Of a stretch of DNA of 64,000 nucleotides, positions 26,052 to 39,969 are shown piece by piece. The stretch lies in contig RSEE01000036.1 in NCBI GenBank assembly GCA_003971905.1, forward strand, positions 372,001 through 436,000, written 5' to 3'. Below the pieces are notes generated by a model, which saw nothing but the letters and a program-made list of their open reading frames with translations, ran no database searches and had not been told where the DNA came from. A program made the translations under genes and the position numbers. The stretch's first letter is position 1. Each line of letters starts with the position of its first letter. Source of the DNA: Moniliella sp. 'wahieum'. Its lineage: Eukaryota.

Positions 26052-26339
26052 GTCTGTTGGGATGAGAGGGCGTGCGAGGGGTGGCGCGGCTGAGGCGAGA
26101 GGAGAAGAGAGGAGATGAATCAAGAAGGCCAAAACATGAGGGGGAATGAAAAGACCCGAGAGGAGAGGCGATGAAATGAGGTGCGAAGGAGATGGAGAGT
26201 GAATAGCGGGACGAGGGCGACTGGGCGAGTGGGCTGCAGGGGCGAGGAGAAGGAGGGGAAAGCAGAAGGCAGTGGCATGAAGACAACCAAGAGGGGATCC
26301 TCCCGTCAAGAGAAGAAAAGCGAACTGCAGCCATGCCGT

Positions 26340-26436
26340 ATCGATTATGGACGGTCGATTATCGATCAAGTTGTGGTGTGACATGTGACATGTGGCATGT
26401 CAAACGGAGGATGGGCGGTGTCGATGATCGATGATC
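26340..26436. repeat. Cluster of heptamer arrays: (TGTGACA)x3 core ACATGT and (TCGATGA)x2 core ATCGAT
   Basis: tgtgacatgtgacatgtggcatgtca at 26377-26402; tcgatgatcgatgatc at 26421-26436; tcgattatcgatca at ~26355. Confidence 0.8.
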
Positions 26437-27067
26437 TCTTCCGCGGCCAGAGCGCCACAGAGCCCACCCCGAGCGTCCGCGGATCCTCCATCATCGGTTA
26501 CTCAGTACTCCCGAACGGGAGCGAGTCAGTCCAGGTCGGAGCACGGTGTCAGTCCAGTCTGAGAACTCAGACTGCCCATGGGAGTCCGAATACAGAGACT
26601 CTGTGCTCGGTTGCCCAGCACCGGCAGGCTGCGTGGGGACTGCCCCCGTGGCTGCTCTGCCTGCGCTCGCACTTCGCATCTGTGTCTGGGCCATCGATGA
26701 CATGTGACACATGATGCATGACGCGGTTTACACTGCCGCACCACTGGTGTGCGAGAGGACAGCGTGCTTACGGCATGCGCTTGGCGTATGAGGACAGAGT
26801 TGCGTGGCCATCTATTCAATCACCTGAGCCTGTAGCCAGCTGGCTCCTCCAGACCCACCGTGCTGAATCGTCCCACTATCCCCGCCACGGGCCACCACCC
26901 TCCCACCCCCTGGCCAATCCGCCCTCGCGCATTCGCCCGCCATCACTTGATTGCTACCGGCTAGTCCCTCCTTCCCGCCGTATCACCTCACACCGAGCAG
27001 AGTAGCCTACAGCGCCTGGGGTTCATTTCGATAGAGTCAGGCCAGCGCCGAGCAGCACCGCTCGCGC

Positions 27068-28794
<1,727 letters not shown>

Positions 28795-29418
28795 GGTTGT
28801 CAGAGCCAGGCTGGTGGGGGGGTGGTTCGTAGCCAAGAAAGCCGTGGCGGCCAATGACGAGAAGAACGGCGCACGGCCGGGCGGCGGCGCACTGCCCGTC
28901 TGCCAGCGATGCAGGCCGGCCGCCGCCAGACTGGCCCCCCGCTGCGGTGGAGGCGGCCCCGTGCGGGCAGTGCTGGCAGGTGCTGGCAGGTGCTGGCAGG
29001 CCGCCGCCAGCCACTCGCAGCAACGGCGCAGCACCACACTGCCCCCCTGCCGCCCCAGCATGCGCCTTACGTGAGCAGTGGCTTAGAAATGGGCCGCAGG
29101 CACAGCGACGACGCCAGGGGCAAGCAACCCTACTGTGCGTCAGCAGCTGCGCTCCTGTTCGGTGCATCTGTCCGGCGCTTGCCCCCAGGAGTGTAGCCTG
29201 GTCGTCGCGGTCATCGCCGGTCGGCGGAGACGCTGCCGGGATCGGATCGATCAACAATCTGATCTAGCGCCGCTCCTGCTGGCAGCCCCGTCTCGCGTCT
29301 GGCATTCTACAATCGCAGCAGGCATGTGAGAGGCATCGTAACGCGTAACGCTTTTTTCTTCTTTTCTTTGTGGGGATGCTGGCTGCCGCGGGGAAGCCAG
29401 ACCAGACCAGATACATAC

Positions 29419-30841
29419 TCAGCCCATCAGATCGCCCAACGCATTCATCTCGGGTCCCCCCGATTCGCGCAAGCCCATCTCAAAGTACGAGTAGATCGTT
29501 GTCACAGCCATCAGGATGCCTGTGCCCGACCCAAACGCGCCAATCAGGTCGGCCGCGACCGAGAGCGCACCGATGGTCGCCCCGCCCCAAGCAGCAGCAG
29601 TAGGGATGATTTTCTTCAGCTCCTTGTACATCGATCCATCCCGGTGGCCGGCCATGACCATGCCATTGTCCTTCAACTGCTTGGCCACGTCCCGCGGGCC
29701 CGAGCCCGACACGTCAATCCACGCCTTGGAGATCAGAGCGCACATGACCAGGGTAAACGCGACATTGACCAGGGTGTGGATCGGATCCTTGGCCGCCTCA
29801 GAGAGAGACGTAGGGGGGGAGAGGTAGTAGGACAGGCCACCGATGGAGCTGGGGCGAGTCGTCCAGCGGCTCCCATACGCCGCAGACGCACCAGCAGATG
29901 CGAGGGGAAGCGGGAGGCGAGCATTTGCGAAATGATAAACACATTGCTCGTGAGTGCTGGTAAGCATAATGGGCATGTTGGATGTGTAGAAGAGCTTGAC
30001 GGGATAGCGACCCTGTTGGCCGCGGAAGCGGACCGACTTGATTGGATCTCAACCCGGAAACCTTGGAGGTAAATGACAGCAAGGAAGACAACAGCGTAGC
30101 CAGTAGGTTCATCACATTGGGCAGGCGCTCACGGAAAAAGGCCTCCTTCAGCGCACGCGTCTTGTCGTTCCAAGTAAAGAGCAGATGCACCAAGGCCACC
30201 AAGGCGCCTTCAAACTCGGGTCCGCGGCCTGTGTTCACTGTGGTGGGGCTGAATGCCTTCCAGACAATGCTTTCGCAAATGTTGGTGGCAATGAACAGAC
30301 TGATGCCGGAGCCCAGACCATAGCCTTTGACCAGGAGCTCGTCCAGCAGGATCACAATCAGTCCAGCCACAACAAGCTGGAGGATGAGCAGGAGGCACAC
30401 GCCCGCCCCAAGCTGTGAGGGGGGGCCATACAGACCCGACAGGACATACACCGTAGCCTGACCAAGCGAGATGAGAATGGCGAAGAGTTTCTGGGCACCG
30501 CCAAACAGGGCGCGGTCCTCCTTGAGGCTAAGTCGACTTCGATCAGGTTGGCGCCGGCGAGCAGCTGCATGATCATGCCCGAGGTAATAATCGGACTGAT
30601 GCCCAGTTCCATCAAGGTTCCGCGGTTGGAAGCGAGAATGACACGCATCCAGTAGAGGGTCGGAGCTGTCGGAAGACATGATGCCGTAGAGCGGGATCTG
30701 GGACGAAACGAGAAAGATGCCCAGTACAATCGCGGTCCACAGCACACGACTTTGGAAGGGGACCTTGCGTTCAGGGGCGGCCACCTCGGGTAGGACACCC
30801 ATAAAAGGACGCACGAGCGCCAAGAAGCGAAACGAACTCAT
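29419..30841 (-). CDS. SEC61: Sec61 translocon alpha subunit
   Basis: [90 protein letters not shown]. Confidence 0.98.
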
Positions 30842-30907
30842 CCTCTCCCCACGTTGAAATCAGAGGCCAGAGGTGGCGGAGATATGGGCAGGTGGTGGTG
30901 GTAGTCC

Positions 30908-30921
30908 AGTGACTAGTGACT
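30908..30921. repeat. Heptamer array (AGTGACT)x2, core ACTAGT
   Basis: agtgactagtgact, 67 bp upstream of the SEC61 ATG; a related cacgtgacatgcatgacatgtga lies at ~31025-31047. Confidence 0.65.
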
Positions 30922-31647
30922 TGTCTTCGCCATCCTCCTCGGGGCGGCCTTGGGCCCCGCGTACCACACCGCACCACGTGGCCGTTCTGGCATTCCAGCT
31001 CCGGCCCAACCCTACTGCAGATGGCACGTGACATGCATGACATGTGACCGCCACGGCTCCGTTCTTGCTCGATGGACAGGTGGTCAGTGACGATCACTGA
31101 CCAGGCCGGAGAAGGGCGGCAGGGAAGAAAAGCTCACGATGAAGAGGTCTGTTTTTATCCGTGACCAGGTACCTGTGGCACCTCACTAACAGCTTTAAGG
31201 GCTTTCGCGGAAACGCACCTGCAATAGATGGGCCACACACAGTGCCTAGTGCACAGCGATGCTTTGCAGTGTCTCTAATAGTGAGAGTGAGGACGTGGGA
31301 CGAGGATAGATGATGCAGGGTTGTACGGGACTATTATTCCACGAGAGGAGCCCACATATATATCGGGCGCAACAAGGATGTGGCAGGAGTCGGATAGAGA
31401 CAGCGTCGAAAGTGATGTGTAATAGGATCAGGTAGCTACATGCGTGAAGGGTACTAGCTTAACGAAAAGCGGGACTGGAAGGAGGCGGGATCTACAGGGG
31501 AAAAATAAACACAGTTGCCAACCACAGAGCTAGGCACCTACCACTCACAAATGGGCGGTAATCGCGTCGCAGGACCAAGCTTGCCCCGCTCTTCATCCCA
31601 CAGACCTTCACTGAGAAGCAAGCCATGAACATGCTCATCCGGGTCGG

Positions 31648-33112
31648 TTAGGAGAAACCCGATGGGGAGAAGGCAGCGCGAAGGTGGCTGGTGAGTACTT
31701 CAGGGACCTCCATGGCAGGAAAGTGGCCCCCCGTATCAGCTTGCGCAGCCCAGACCAAATTGCTTCGGGCCTGGATCGAGCCCAGACTGGGTCCCCCCTC
31801 TCTGGGGAAGCGACTAAAGCCAAGCGGTTGCTTCACATACAGTGCCGATCGTGCTAGCAGCGCAGCACTGTCGGGGTTGAGGCTGAATGGCAAAAAGCTG
31901 GTCCCGATGCAGCCGGTTTGCCAATAGAGCGTCATGGTAGACAAAAACTTGGTCAAGCTCAACTGTGAGCGACGAGGATCAGGGACAGTATCGAGTGCGT
32001 CAAGGCTCTCTTGGTCCGTCAACAAGGTTGGGTGACCGCGCTTGTGTACGACAAAAGGCCCGCAGGAGAGTCCAGCAGGGCATGCATCACCGCGCCCGGT
32101 CGGTACTTTTGGATATAGTAATGCGCCCATTTTGCCTGCTTCTTCTAACCACAGAATGGGGTCAGCAACAAGATTGGTTTGGTCTGAGAAAGTCGTATGC
32201 TCGAGAAGGGAAACCCCCGTACCTTTTGCTTTGCATTAGCCATTGCCTCCCTGCGTGCACCTGGAGTGGTGCTTGGCCCGCGTTCTGGGCATGTTCAGTT
32301 CGCCTCCTGGAAACGAACTGAGATGCACAGCTTTGACCGCGGTGCCAGGCAAATTGGCAAGGACGCAGGCATGCAAGGATCCCCAGTCGGTGCCATGCAC
32401 GGCATAGCCCAACCAACTGCTGCTGCTTCCGCCTTGCCCGTACCCAAGTCCATACATGAGTGCGTTGAGGATGCGTGCGTACCCAAACACGTCCCCTACG
32501 TAATGCTTGGTCGAAGGAGGAGGAGTGCTCCACACGAATCCAGGAAGAGAAGGAATGACCACATGGAACGCAGGGTCAGAAGGGTCGCCTGCCCTTGCAA
32601 CATCAGTTAGTATACGTGAACTCTTACTTTTTGACCATACTAACGGAGCGGAAAGGAGACATACGTGGGTTGGTCAATGGTTCAACCAAATCCCAAAATT
32701 CAAAGAAGGACGAGGGCCAACCATGGAGCAGAAGAAGGGGAATCGCATCCGGTCGGGGAGAGCGCCGATGGACAAAATGCAACTGGGAGCACCAGTCAAT
32801 GTCGGCGATGTAGTGTGGGTGCTGTTGCAAGCGCGCCTGCAAGGCGTCAAAGTCGAACGAATTGGACCAGTAGGCCAACTGGGCCCGCAACTTTGTAGGA
32901 TCAGGCGCTTGGCGCCGGTGTGGCATATCGCCCGGGAGGTGGTTCCACGGTAACGTCCCTTCTGCCCGATCCAGACGAGCAATGACAGGATTGAGCCGCA
33001 AGCGCAGGTCATCGACCATGCGCGAGCTGACCCGAGGTTCAAACGGCTTCAGCTTCCGCACAGCGGGAACAGGCTCTGAGAGTGCGTTTTCAGTAGTCCA
33101 CTGTTCAGCCAT
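31648..33112 (-). CDS. Microsomal-type epoxide hydrolase (EHN + alpha/beta hydrolase)
   Basis: LHFVHRRSPRPDAIPLLLLHGWPSSFFEF; PFHVVIPSLPGF; nucleophile elbow HGTDWGS; GGHFPAMEVPEVL. Introns ~32594-32664 and ~32148-32222. Confidence 0.9.
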
Positions 33113-33494
33113 GGGTGTGAGTGTGTGGGTGTAGGTGTGGTAGGGGCAAGGAAGAATGGGTCACAACCGTCGAGATTGGGTGGGCTGCTCTCCAATAATA
33201 TGCACAGCGCCGTTCCGGGGCGTTTGTCCTTTGCCCCTCCCCTGCGCGCAATAAAGCACCCCAGTACAGCAGGCGGCGCTCGTTCCCTGTACTCGTTACG
33301 TAAATGCTTGGTACCTGGGTAGTCAACGCCAGCCCAACAAAAAGGCCAGAGAGAGAAGCGTTTGGCCACCCACGCCCACCGCGGCCGCCAAATACCTTCC
33401 CACGACGGCTGGTCCGCGCATCCGCCGCGTGGGAACCTTGCGGGACGCGAGGGTCCCTTGGGCCCAAACTACTTCAAGCATCATGCATCAACCC

Positions 33495-33525
33495 TCAAGC
33501 TTCAAGCTTCAAGCTTCAAGCTTCA
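33495..33525. repeat. Heptamer palindromic array (TCAAGCT)x4.4, core AAGCTT
   Basis: tcaagcttcaagcttcaagcttcaagcttca: four AAGCTT at 7-bp spacing. Confidence 0.9.
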
Positions 33526-34039
33526 TACTTCGCACGTGATACTGTGATGCCATCTCTCAGCTGTGGACCCATTCATGGCTCTGGCTTCCTCCTGGCCGTA
33601 CTGAGTGTCGCCAGCGCATCCATTAATTTCCTTCACTTTACGGCCTTGACGTTGAAAGGAAAACAAACGCAACTGTAAACGGGATGGTACAAAAGAAGAG
33701 TACATTTTGATAGGTGTTTTTGATGGTAGGAGTTCCTTTGAGACCAAGGATAGTAGAATCAAGGATTCTAACAAGAAGCGGTCCCACCTGGCAATGCGGG
33801 ACCAGCGCACCTGCATGGGAAGGTGGTGAGAGGGGATGGGGTAACCGAGGGGTAATCGAAATGGAAGGATAGGCAGCAGAAGGAATGTAAAAGTAGAGAG
33901 TTGAGAACGTTGAGATAGTAGGTGTCGATCAAGTCGGAGCGAGCGAAACAGCGTACAGCCGCCATGGTCCGAGCACAATGAAAGGAAACAGTCGAGAAAA
34001 AAAATCGACGATCGGGACGCAACAAGGAAGGAGGATTAG

Positions 34040-36071
34040 GGGCTCTAGACCCAAGGATCGTTATATCCGAGCTCGGTTTCACCTCGAGCCCGTGGTGCAG
34101 TGTGGGGCATGTGTCCGCATCGGACTTCTCCAACTTGGACTCATAGGAAGTCATAACCAAGTCGGGGGCACGACGCAGAAGATTGGCACTGAGGTCCTGA
34201 GCTGCCAGCAGAGCCGCCGGCACTTCCTCGGCAGAGGGGGTGGTGACGCCGGTACCGTAGCCAGTAGCCAAGGGCGACTCGGCTGAAGCCGCAGAGGAAG
34301 GAAGGGGGGCTGATCTCCGTTTTCCCCAGCATACTCGTCTGCCAACGTACCACCCGATGAGGGTGCCGAGCCAGCAGTTGGGTCGCGCGATGCGTGTGGG
34401 CTGAAGTGGAGAGAGGCAAAAGCCATGGTCATACCCGATTCTTGGGCAAGAGCAGACCACTCGGCATGCATCTCCGCGCTTCGGCTTGGAATGCGGCAAT
34501 AAAGCCAGAGGGATCGGTGCTAAATTCAACCTCACCAAACGCGGAGAAGACGGGCGGTGGGTTGCTGAGCGCCGAACTTTCGTGGTACGCCGCAAGCCAG
34601 GGGTGCTGAAGCGGTCTTGGGCCGAAATTCGGTCAAGCGGATCCCACCGAAGACATTGACGGATCAGGTCGACGGCCAATGGGTCGCTATTAGGGAACTG
34701 GCCCTCAAGCGAAGGGGCGGGACGGGGGCCCAGGACAGAACTAGTCGCTGGGCCGACTGGAAGAAGAGTGGGCGAGCAGTCTGGGGACGGGCTGCCGATC
34801 AAGTTGTAGATCCGCGACAGTTGAGTCGACATAGTCCGTACCGGGAACAAGGGTTGTCAAGCAGGAGCTCAGCGAGGATGCATCCAACCGCCCACATGTC
34901 CATCTCGGGGCCATCATAGCCTTCGCGGAACTGAAGCAGGATCTCGGGTGAACGGTACCAGCGCGTGGCCACATGGCCTGACAACGGCTCGCCTGGATAG
35001 AAGAGGCGAGTGGGTTGGTCACTTGTGCGCACCCGCAACTTGCCTGGGTGCCATCCGGGCGGAGGACGGCGGAAACAGGACCTTGTCGGGATGGCCTCGA
35101 AATCGAGAAGAAAGATGCTGTACGCTGGCGGCGTGCTGCAGCGTTGGACTCGCCTTGGGCGAAGGGGAGGAGGTGTCGGACCAAGCGCGGGCCAGGCCAT
35201 AGTCGCAAATGCGCAGGGCGCAGTCAGCATTGACGAGCAGGTTGCTTGGCTTGAGATCGCGGTGAACAATGTGGGCCGCATGCATGTACCGTACCCCGCG
35301 CAACAATTGAACCGCAAAGTATTGCAGATGCGCATTGGTGAGAGATTGGCGTGAACGGATAATTTGTGATAGGTTCGCTTCCGACGGAGCCATAACCAAA
35401 TAAATCTCCCCCCACTCGACAAACGTAGCGTCAAAGTCGAGTAGAACGGTAGAGTTGTCGCACATGCTCAGGTGGCGCAAGATGGCAACTTCACGCAGAG
35501 CATGGCGAGCAATGCCGCCATTGGTGAAGATACGGTTCATCTTCTTGAGCGCAACCGTCACATCAAGGACCGAGTCGTGGGCAAGAGCGACACATCCGTA
35601 GGAGCCAACACCGAGTGCGCGCACAAAGTATAGCGCTGGTGTACATGGAAAGGCACGCCAAGGCAGTCGAACGTGTGGTAACCCATGGCTGTCAGAAGCT
35701 CAGGGGAAAATTGGGGTTCAACTGGAGAAGGGTCTGCAGCGGGCGCTTGTTTTTGCGTTGGCACATGGGCTTGAGGTGGTCGGGAGAAAGGGGCAGGATC
35801 CGACAAGCCACGCGCATGGCGGGCTGGACGACAGGGTTGGCGGGGGGGGCAGGAGACAAGGCGGTAGCGGCAGTAGCAGCGGTGGGAGCCGGAGCTGGAC
35901 GTTCAGAGGGAAGGCGAGGAAGAGGAGGTGCGTCGACGGCACAAAAGGGGGCGGCGGGTGCGACGGGCACAGGTGGGGGTGTGTGAACGAGGCGGCGAGT
36001 ACGACGCACACGGCGCTCTCGCCGAGGCAAGGGCGGAGTAGCGGCGGTGAGGAGCGGCGGGAGAGTGGCAT
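34040..36071 (-). CDS. Atypical MAP kinase (Slt2/Mpk1-related) with activation-loop insert and SGH replacing TxY
   Basis: [94 protein letters not shown]. Both termini approximate. Confidence 0.9.
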
Positions 36072-36711
36072 CGCGAGGGATGAGGTGGTGGTGGTGGTCG
36101 GGGAAGGGGGCGCGGAAGGTAGAAAAGGAAGAGGTGAGGAGGGGGGATGGAATGTGGTGGAGAGGGGTCGCGGTGGCCGGCACGTGCGTTTTTTTGTGCA
36201 GACAGGTGCCGAGTTCGGTTTGGGGGAGCGCAGTGGTCAACCGGGGTGCCAGGACGCAGTGTAGCTACAGGATGGGTGTGTGTTGGCTTCCTGGAGGGCA
36301 ACGCATTATGCGCCTATGTAGGTACTGAGGGTACTCATGCGCCCACGATGTGATGCCGCCTGTCCGCTGAACAGCATCGAAGGTATTGAACGTTGAACAA
36401 ATACTAGCGTGAAGCGTGCCATGTGACGTGTGAAGCGTGAACGTGGAAATGGAACGCCGTCGGCGCAAGTGCCAAGCAAGTCACTCGCTTAATCCCACAT
36501 TTACATTTCGGTGTTAGCGTTTTCGTGTTGAAAGCGCCCGGTCTGTCAGGAGCTAAGTATAGCCGAGCGGGGCTCAGCCTGAGCGCGCTCAGCAGAGCGC
36601 TCGCTCAGTTGCTCAGTCTGAGCCCACTTGGAGTTGATGCACCCCTAAGTTGGGAAATGGAGCCTGGCGCAATTTGTGTGTTATTGCACAAGAAATTACG
36701 AAGTATCTCAA

Positions 36712-36791
36712 GGACGGCTGGCCAATGGTAGCGCGTCTGACTACGACTGGTTGTAATCAGGAGGTTGCAGGTTCGACCCCTGCGTCGTTCG
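36712..36791 (+). tRNA. tRNA-Arg(ACG) with ~9-nt intron
   Basis: Acceptor stem GGACGGC/GTCGTTC; anticodon stem TCTGA/TCAGG with CT-ACG-A (anticodon 36743-36745); intron ~36747-36755; T-arm GCAGG-TTCGACC-CCTGC; T6 pol III terminator at ~36812. Confidence 0.9.
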
Positions 36792-37163
36792 ACCCGACAT
36801 GGGCGTCCTTCTTTTTTGCTTTTTACGCTTTTAACTGGATGAGCCTGCCATCTGTGATGGACATCCACCCTGCGATCGGTGTGACTTGCTCCATTATCTT
36901 CAGTCTCCTTTCCCTATCTAGAGAGACTGCCTAGCCGATCGGCAGGTGCTCTCCTAACTCGATCCCAAGTTGGTCATTTCAGGGTAACAACATGCTAACC
37001 CAGAAAGGATGCCAGCAACGCACTGCAAGCTCACAGCAGTCTCAATTGGATACCTGCTTGACAGAAGGACAGGTCTCTCCAGCGCCACCCTTATCAAGAC
37101 GCAACGAGGTAAGAGGCAACGAGGCAAAAACAGGCTCCATGTAACCCAACGGAGGGCCCGATC

Positions 37164-37783
37164 TTACGCTTGCTCCTCCTCTCCAATGTCCTCATTCCAA
37201 ATATCTGGGTGAGCTTGGATGAACTTTTTCATCAGGTCCTTGCACTGCTCGTTGTTGAGGTTGACCACCTCGACCCCGTGACGAACAGAGTACCCTCGGC
37301 GCCGAGAAACGTATCGTTCTCCCCTACCACGACCCGTTTGATCCCATACAGCAGCATTGCCCCCGTACACATGGAGCAAGGCGAGAGGTAGTGTACATGG
37401 TGGCGTTCTTATAAACGGTAGCCGGTTTGCGCTTCATATGTACCCCCAAAAGGGCGTCCCGGGGCGAGTCAGGATCACTAGCACTAGCAAGCAACAGGGT
37501 AGCCGGTAGAACCCAAAGAGGGGCAAAGTGAGCACAAAAGAGACGTACGCCAATGTTTTCGAGACAATCGGTTTCGCCATGCAAGGCGCTGCCCTTTTGC
37601 ACGCGTTGGTTGCATCCCACGCCAATCACGCTGCCGTCCTGAGCGACCAGGCGGCGCCAATCGGTACCCGCCCTGGGCAAAGCCAGTGGCAGCAGCTTGG
37701 ATCGCATGCTTCAGCCCAGCCACATCCGCCGCGCTGGGTGTGGCAGTAGGAGGCGTCTTGATCACATCGGTGCCGGTCAGCAT
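37164..37783 (-). CDS. FCY1: Cytosine deaminase
   Basis: GG(V)PIGA; NQRVQKGSALHGETDCLENIG|RK; TMYTT(LS)PCSMCTGAMLLYGIKRVVVGEN; WNEDIGE. Intron 37432-37548. Confidence 0.93.
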
Positions 37784-38075
37784 GCGGGGACGGGGATCGG
37801 GGCAGAGGGGTGGTGGGGCGGAGGATGTCGGTGTGATGAGGACGAGGCAGCTGGTTATCGTTTTTCGACGTTGCAACATGCTCACATGCATCCAAATATT
37901 CACATCCTTTAGGTTCCATATGCGAGGTTACCCATCAAAATCCGCCAACAACCCTACTGCTCCCCGGCGGCCTGAACCCTACTGCTCCCCGATCCGCACT
38001 TGACGGGGGGGGCTGGCTCGCCAATAATCGGGCATATGACAGAGTCGCGTCGACGCGTCCCTCCACCCACTTAAA

Positions 38076-38489
38076 ATGGGCCCTACCCGTACTCACCGCC
38101 GGTGCCCCCCTTGCGTCACCACCGACCACACTGCTTCAAGGTGCCCCCTCAATCCACGCCCACGGTTGTGCCCCCACTGCCGTCGACCTGGCCACAAGGC
38201 TGCCGCGGAGCGGTGGAGCAAGGAGGAGATGTGGAAAGCAATTGGGGTCTTTGCGACAAAAATAAGGTGGGGTGGGGGGCAAGGACAAGAAGAGGGGGGG
38301 GAGGACAAGAAGAGGGGGGGGAGACAAGAGGAGAGGGGGGGACAAAGGGAATTGGTGGAAGGATGGAGCAAGGATGATCGGTGGACCAGAGGTGGTGGGC
38401 TCGATCCATGTAACGTGAATTACGACGACCCTGTCGCAGGCGGGCCCTGCCAGGGGGCTCACTCAGGTTGGTGGGGTAGAGTCCCTTAG
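38076..38489 (+). CDS. Small CCHC zinc-knuckle protein or gag-like remnant
   Basis: CPPCVTTDHTASRC is an exact CX2CX4HX4C (38103-38144); a second partial knuckle CPHCRRPGH follows, then a Gly/Glu-rich tail. Confidence 0.5.
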   Translation: MGPTRTHRRCPPCVTTDHTASRCPLNPRPRLCPHCRRPGHKAAAERWSKEEMWKAIGVFATKIRWGGGQGQEEGGEDKKRGGRQEERGGQRELVEGWSKDDRWTRGGGLDPCNVNYDDPVAGGPCQGAHSGWWGRVP

Positions 38490-39969
38490 GTGAAAGACGA
38501 CTCACGGTAGTTTCGGGCTTGGTCTACTTGGTGGATCCGAGCGAGGAAGAGAAGCCTTTGCGCGTGATGCCGACGGCTGCACGCGTGGAAAGGCTGCGTA
38601 TACGCCGGCTGGAGGGTAGTAACGTGTCTGATAGACTCCGGGGCTGAGAGACGGGTAGATGCAGGGGAGCGGACAGACACTGCCAGGACTGAGGCATGGC
38701 AGTGGCTGTGAAAGGAATCCACGCGACATGCTGTGGTACAGAGAACCGACGCGGCTGACGGAAGGATTGCGTGACTGGGCAGATGGAAAGCTGGAGGACG
38801 AGGTTGGATGATGAAGATGATGCAGCTAAGTGGAGACGAGAGGTTGCCTGTATTACTGAATCAATTGGCTGGAAACGTTCAGGAGTTGGACAGGACGGAG
38901 GGTGGGATAAAGGATCCCCACCAATCAAGGATGCTGACTGTTGGTTGGCCCCTTTTTGGTAACCCCCTTCTGTCTAAGCCCCATCGCACTGGGATAGATG
39001 TTGACAGCGCGAAGCAGACGAAGCTGCTATAGAGAGCGAGTTCGGAGCACTCGCGATCCTATGGATCAGCTGCAATGCAGCCTTCAGACAAGGCGTGAAG
39101 GCAAAGTGGTGAGCCACAAGTCTTCAAGCAACATCTGAATTGAAGGGAAGGAGAGAGAGAGAGAGAAGGGAGATGAAGCGAGCAGGGCGCGCGCGCCCTG
39201 CGAGCGGAACTCTTCCGCCCGGTTAAGTGAGCGTCACCGATCCACGAGGGCCGTGCAAACGAGCCCCAGCACTACCCTCCAGCAGAAGCAAGCGAAGACT
39301 GCGAAGGCACTAAGAATGTCATCCGATAGCACTTCCTCGTCACATGTCACACCCTGTCACCCCATGTAAGAAAAGAAGTGGGGCGTGCTAGGGTTTTTCC
39401 AGGGTTGCTTATTTCGTCGCGACCTCAGAGGACCGAGATGTGGGCCCGCCTGAGAACTACACCTGTTTGTTCCCTGAAATTCCTTTCCCCTCCCTGTAGT
39501 ACTACTGTAATAGCAGGCTGAGCTTCTCCCAGCACCACAGAACAGACAGAAGTAGAAGAATGGAATAAGGCAGCATCTTCATTTAATAAGAGCACAGTCA
39601 ACGTGGTCAACGTACATTGTGGGGTCTGTCGGCGACAAAATTGCAAGCATTTTCAACTGCGAAGGGGGGGCCGACGCACAGTTCGCTTCACTGAGAGCCC
39701 ATCGGCTCCACACACGTTTTCATCACCAATAATGCAGCAGAGAATGGAGGGGGAGGGGGAGGGGTAAATTTTTATCAGACGGTAAGAAGGTCACGGGTGG
39801 GAGGATGAATCAAGATTTCCAAAGACCAACGAACTAGGGTGCAGCATGACAAGTGAAAGCAAAAAGTGGGCGGAAGAGGGCGAAACCACTCCACCAACGA
39901 GGGGAAAAGGGGGAAAGAGGGAAATGTAGAATAGAATGGTCCATTCAAGAGTGTGCAATGGTCCTATCC

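Noticed and set aside
33495..33525. Clusters of restriction sites (HindIII, AgeI, NsiI, MluI etc.) read as vector polylinker contamination
   Set aside because: Each cluster repeats one site, has degenerate flanking copies and is embedded in native intergenic DNA at many loci; polylinkers carry different unique sites.
31648..37783. Epoxide hydrolase, MAPK, tRNA and FCY1 read as a functional or secondary-metabolite cluster
   Set aside because: No backbone enzyme (PKS/NRPS/terpene synthase), transporter or shared pathway; looks like ordinary gene order.
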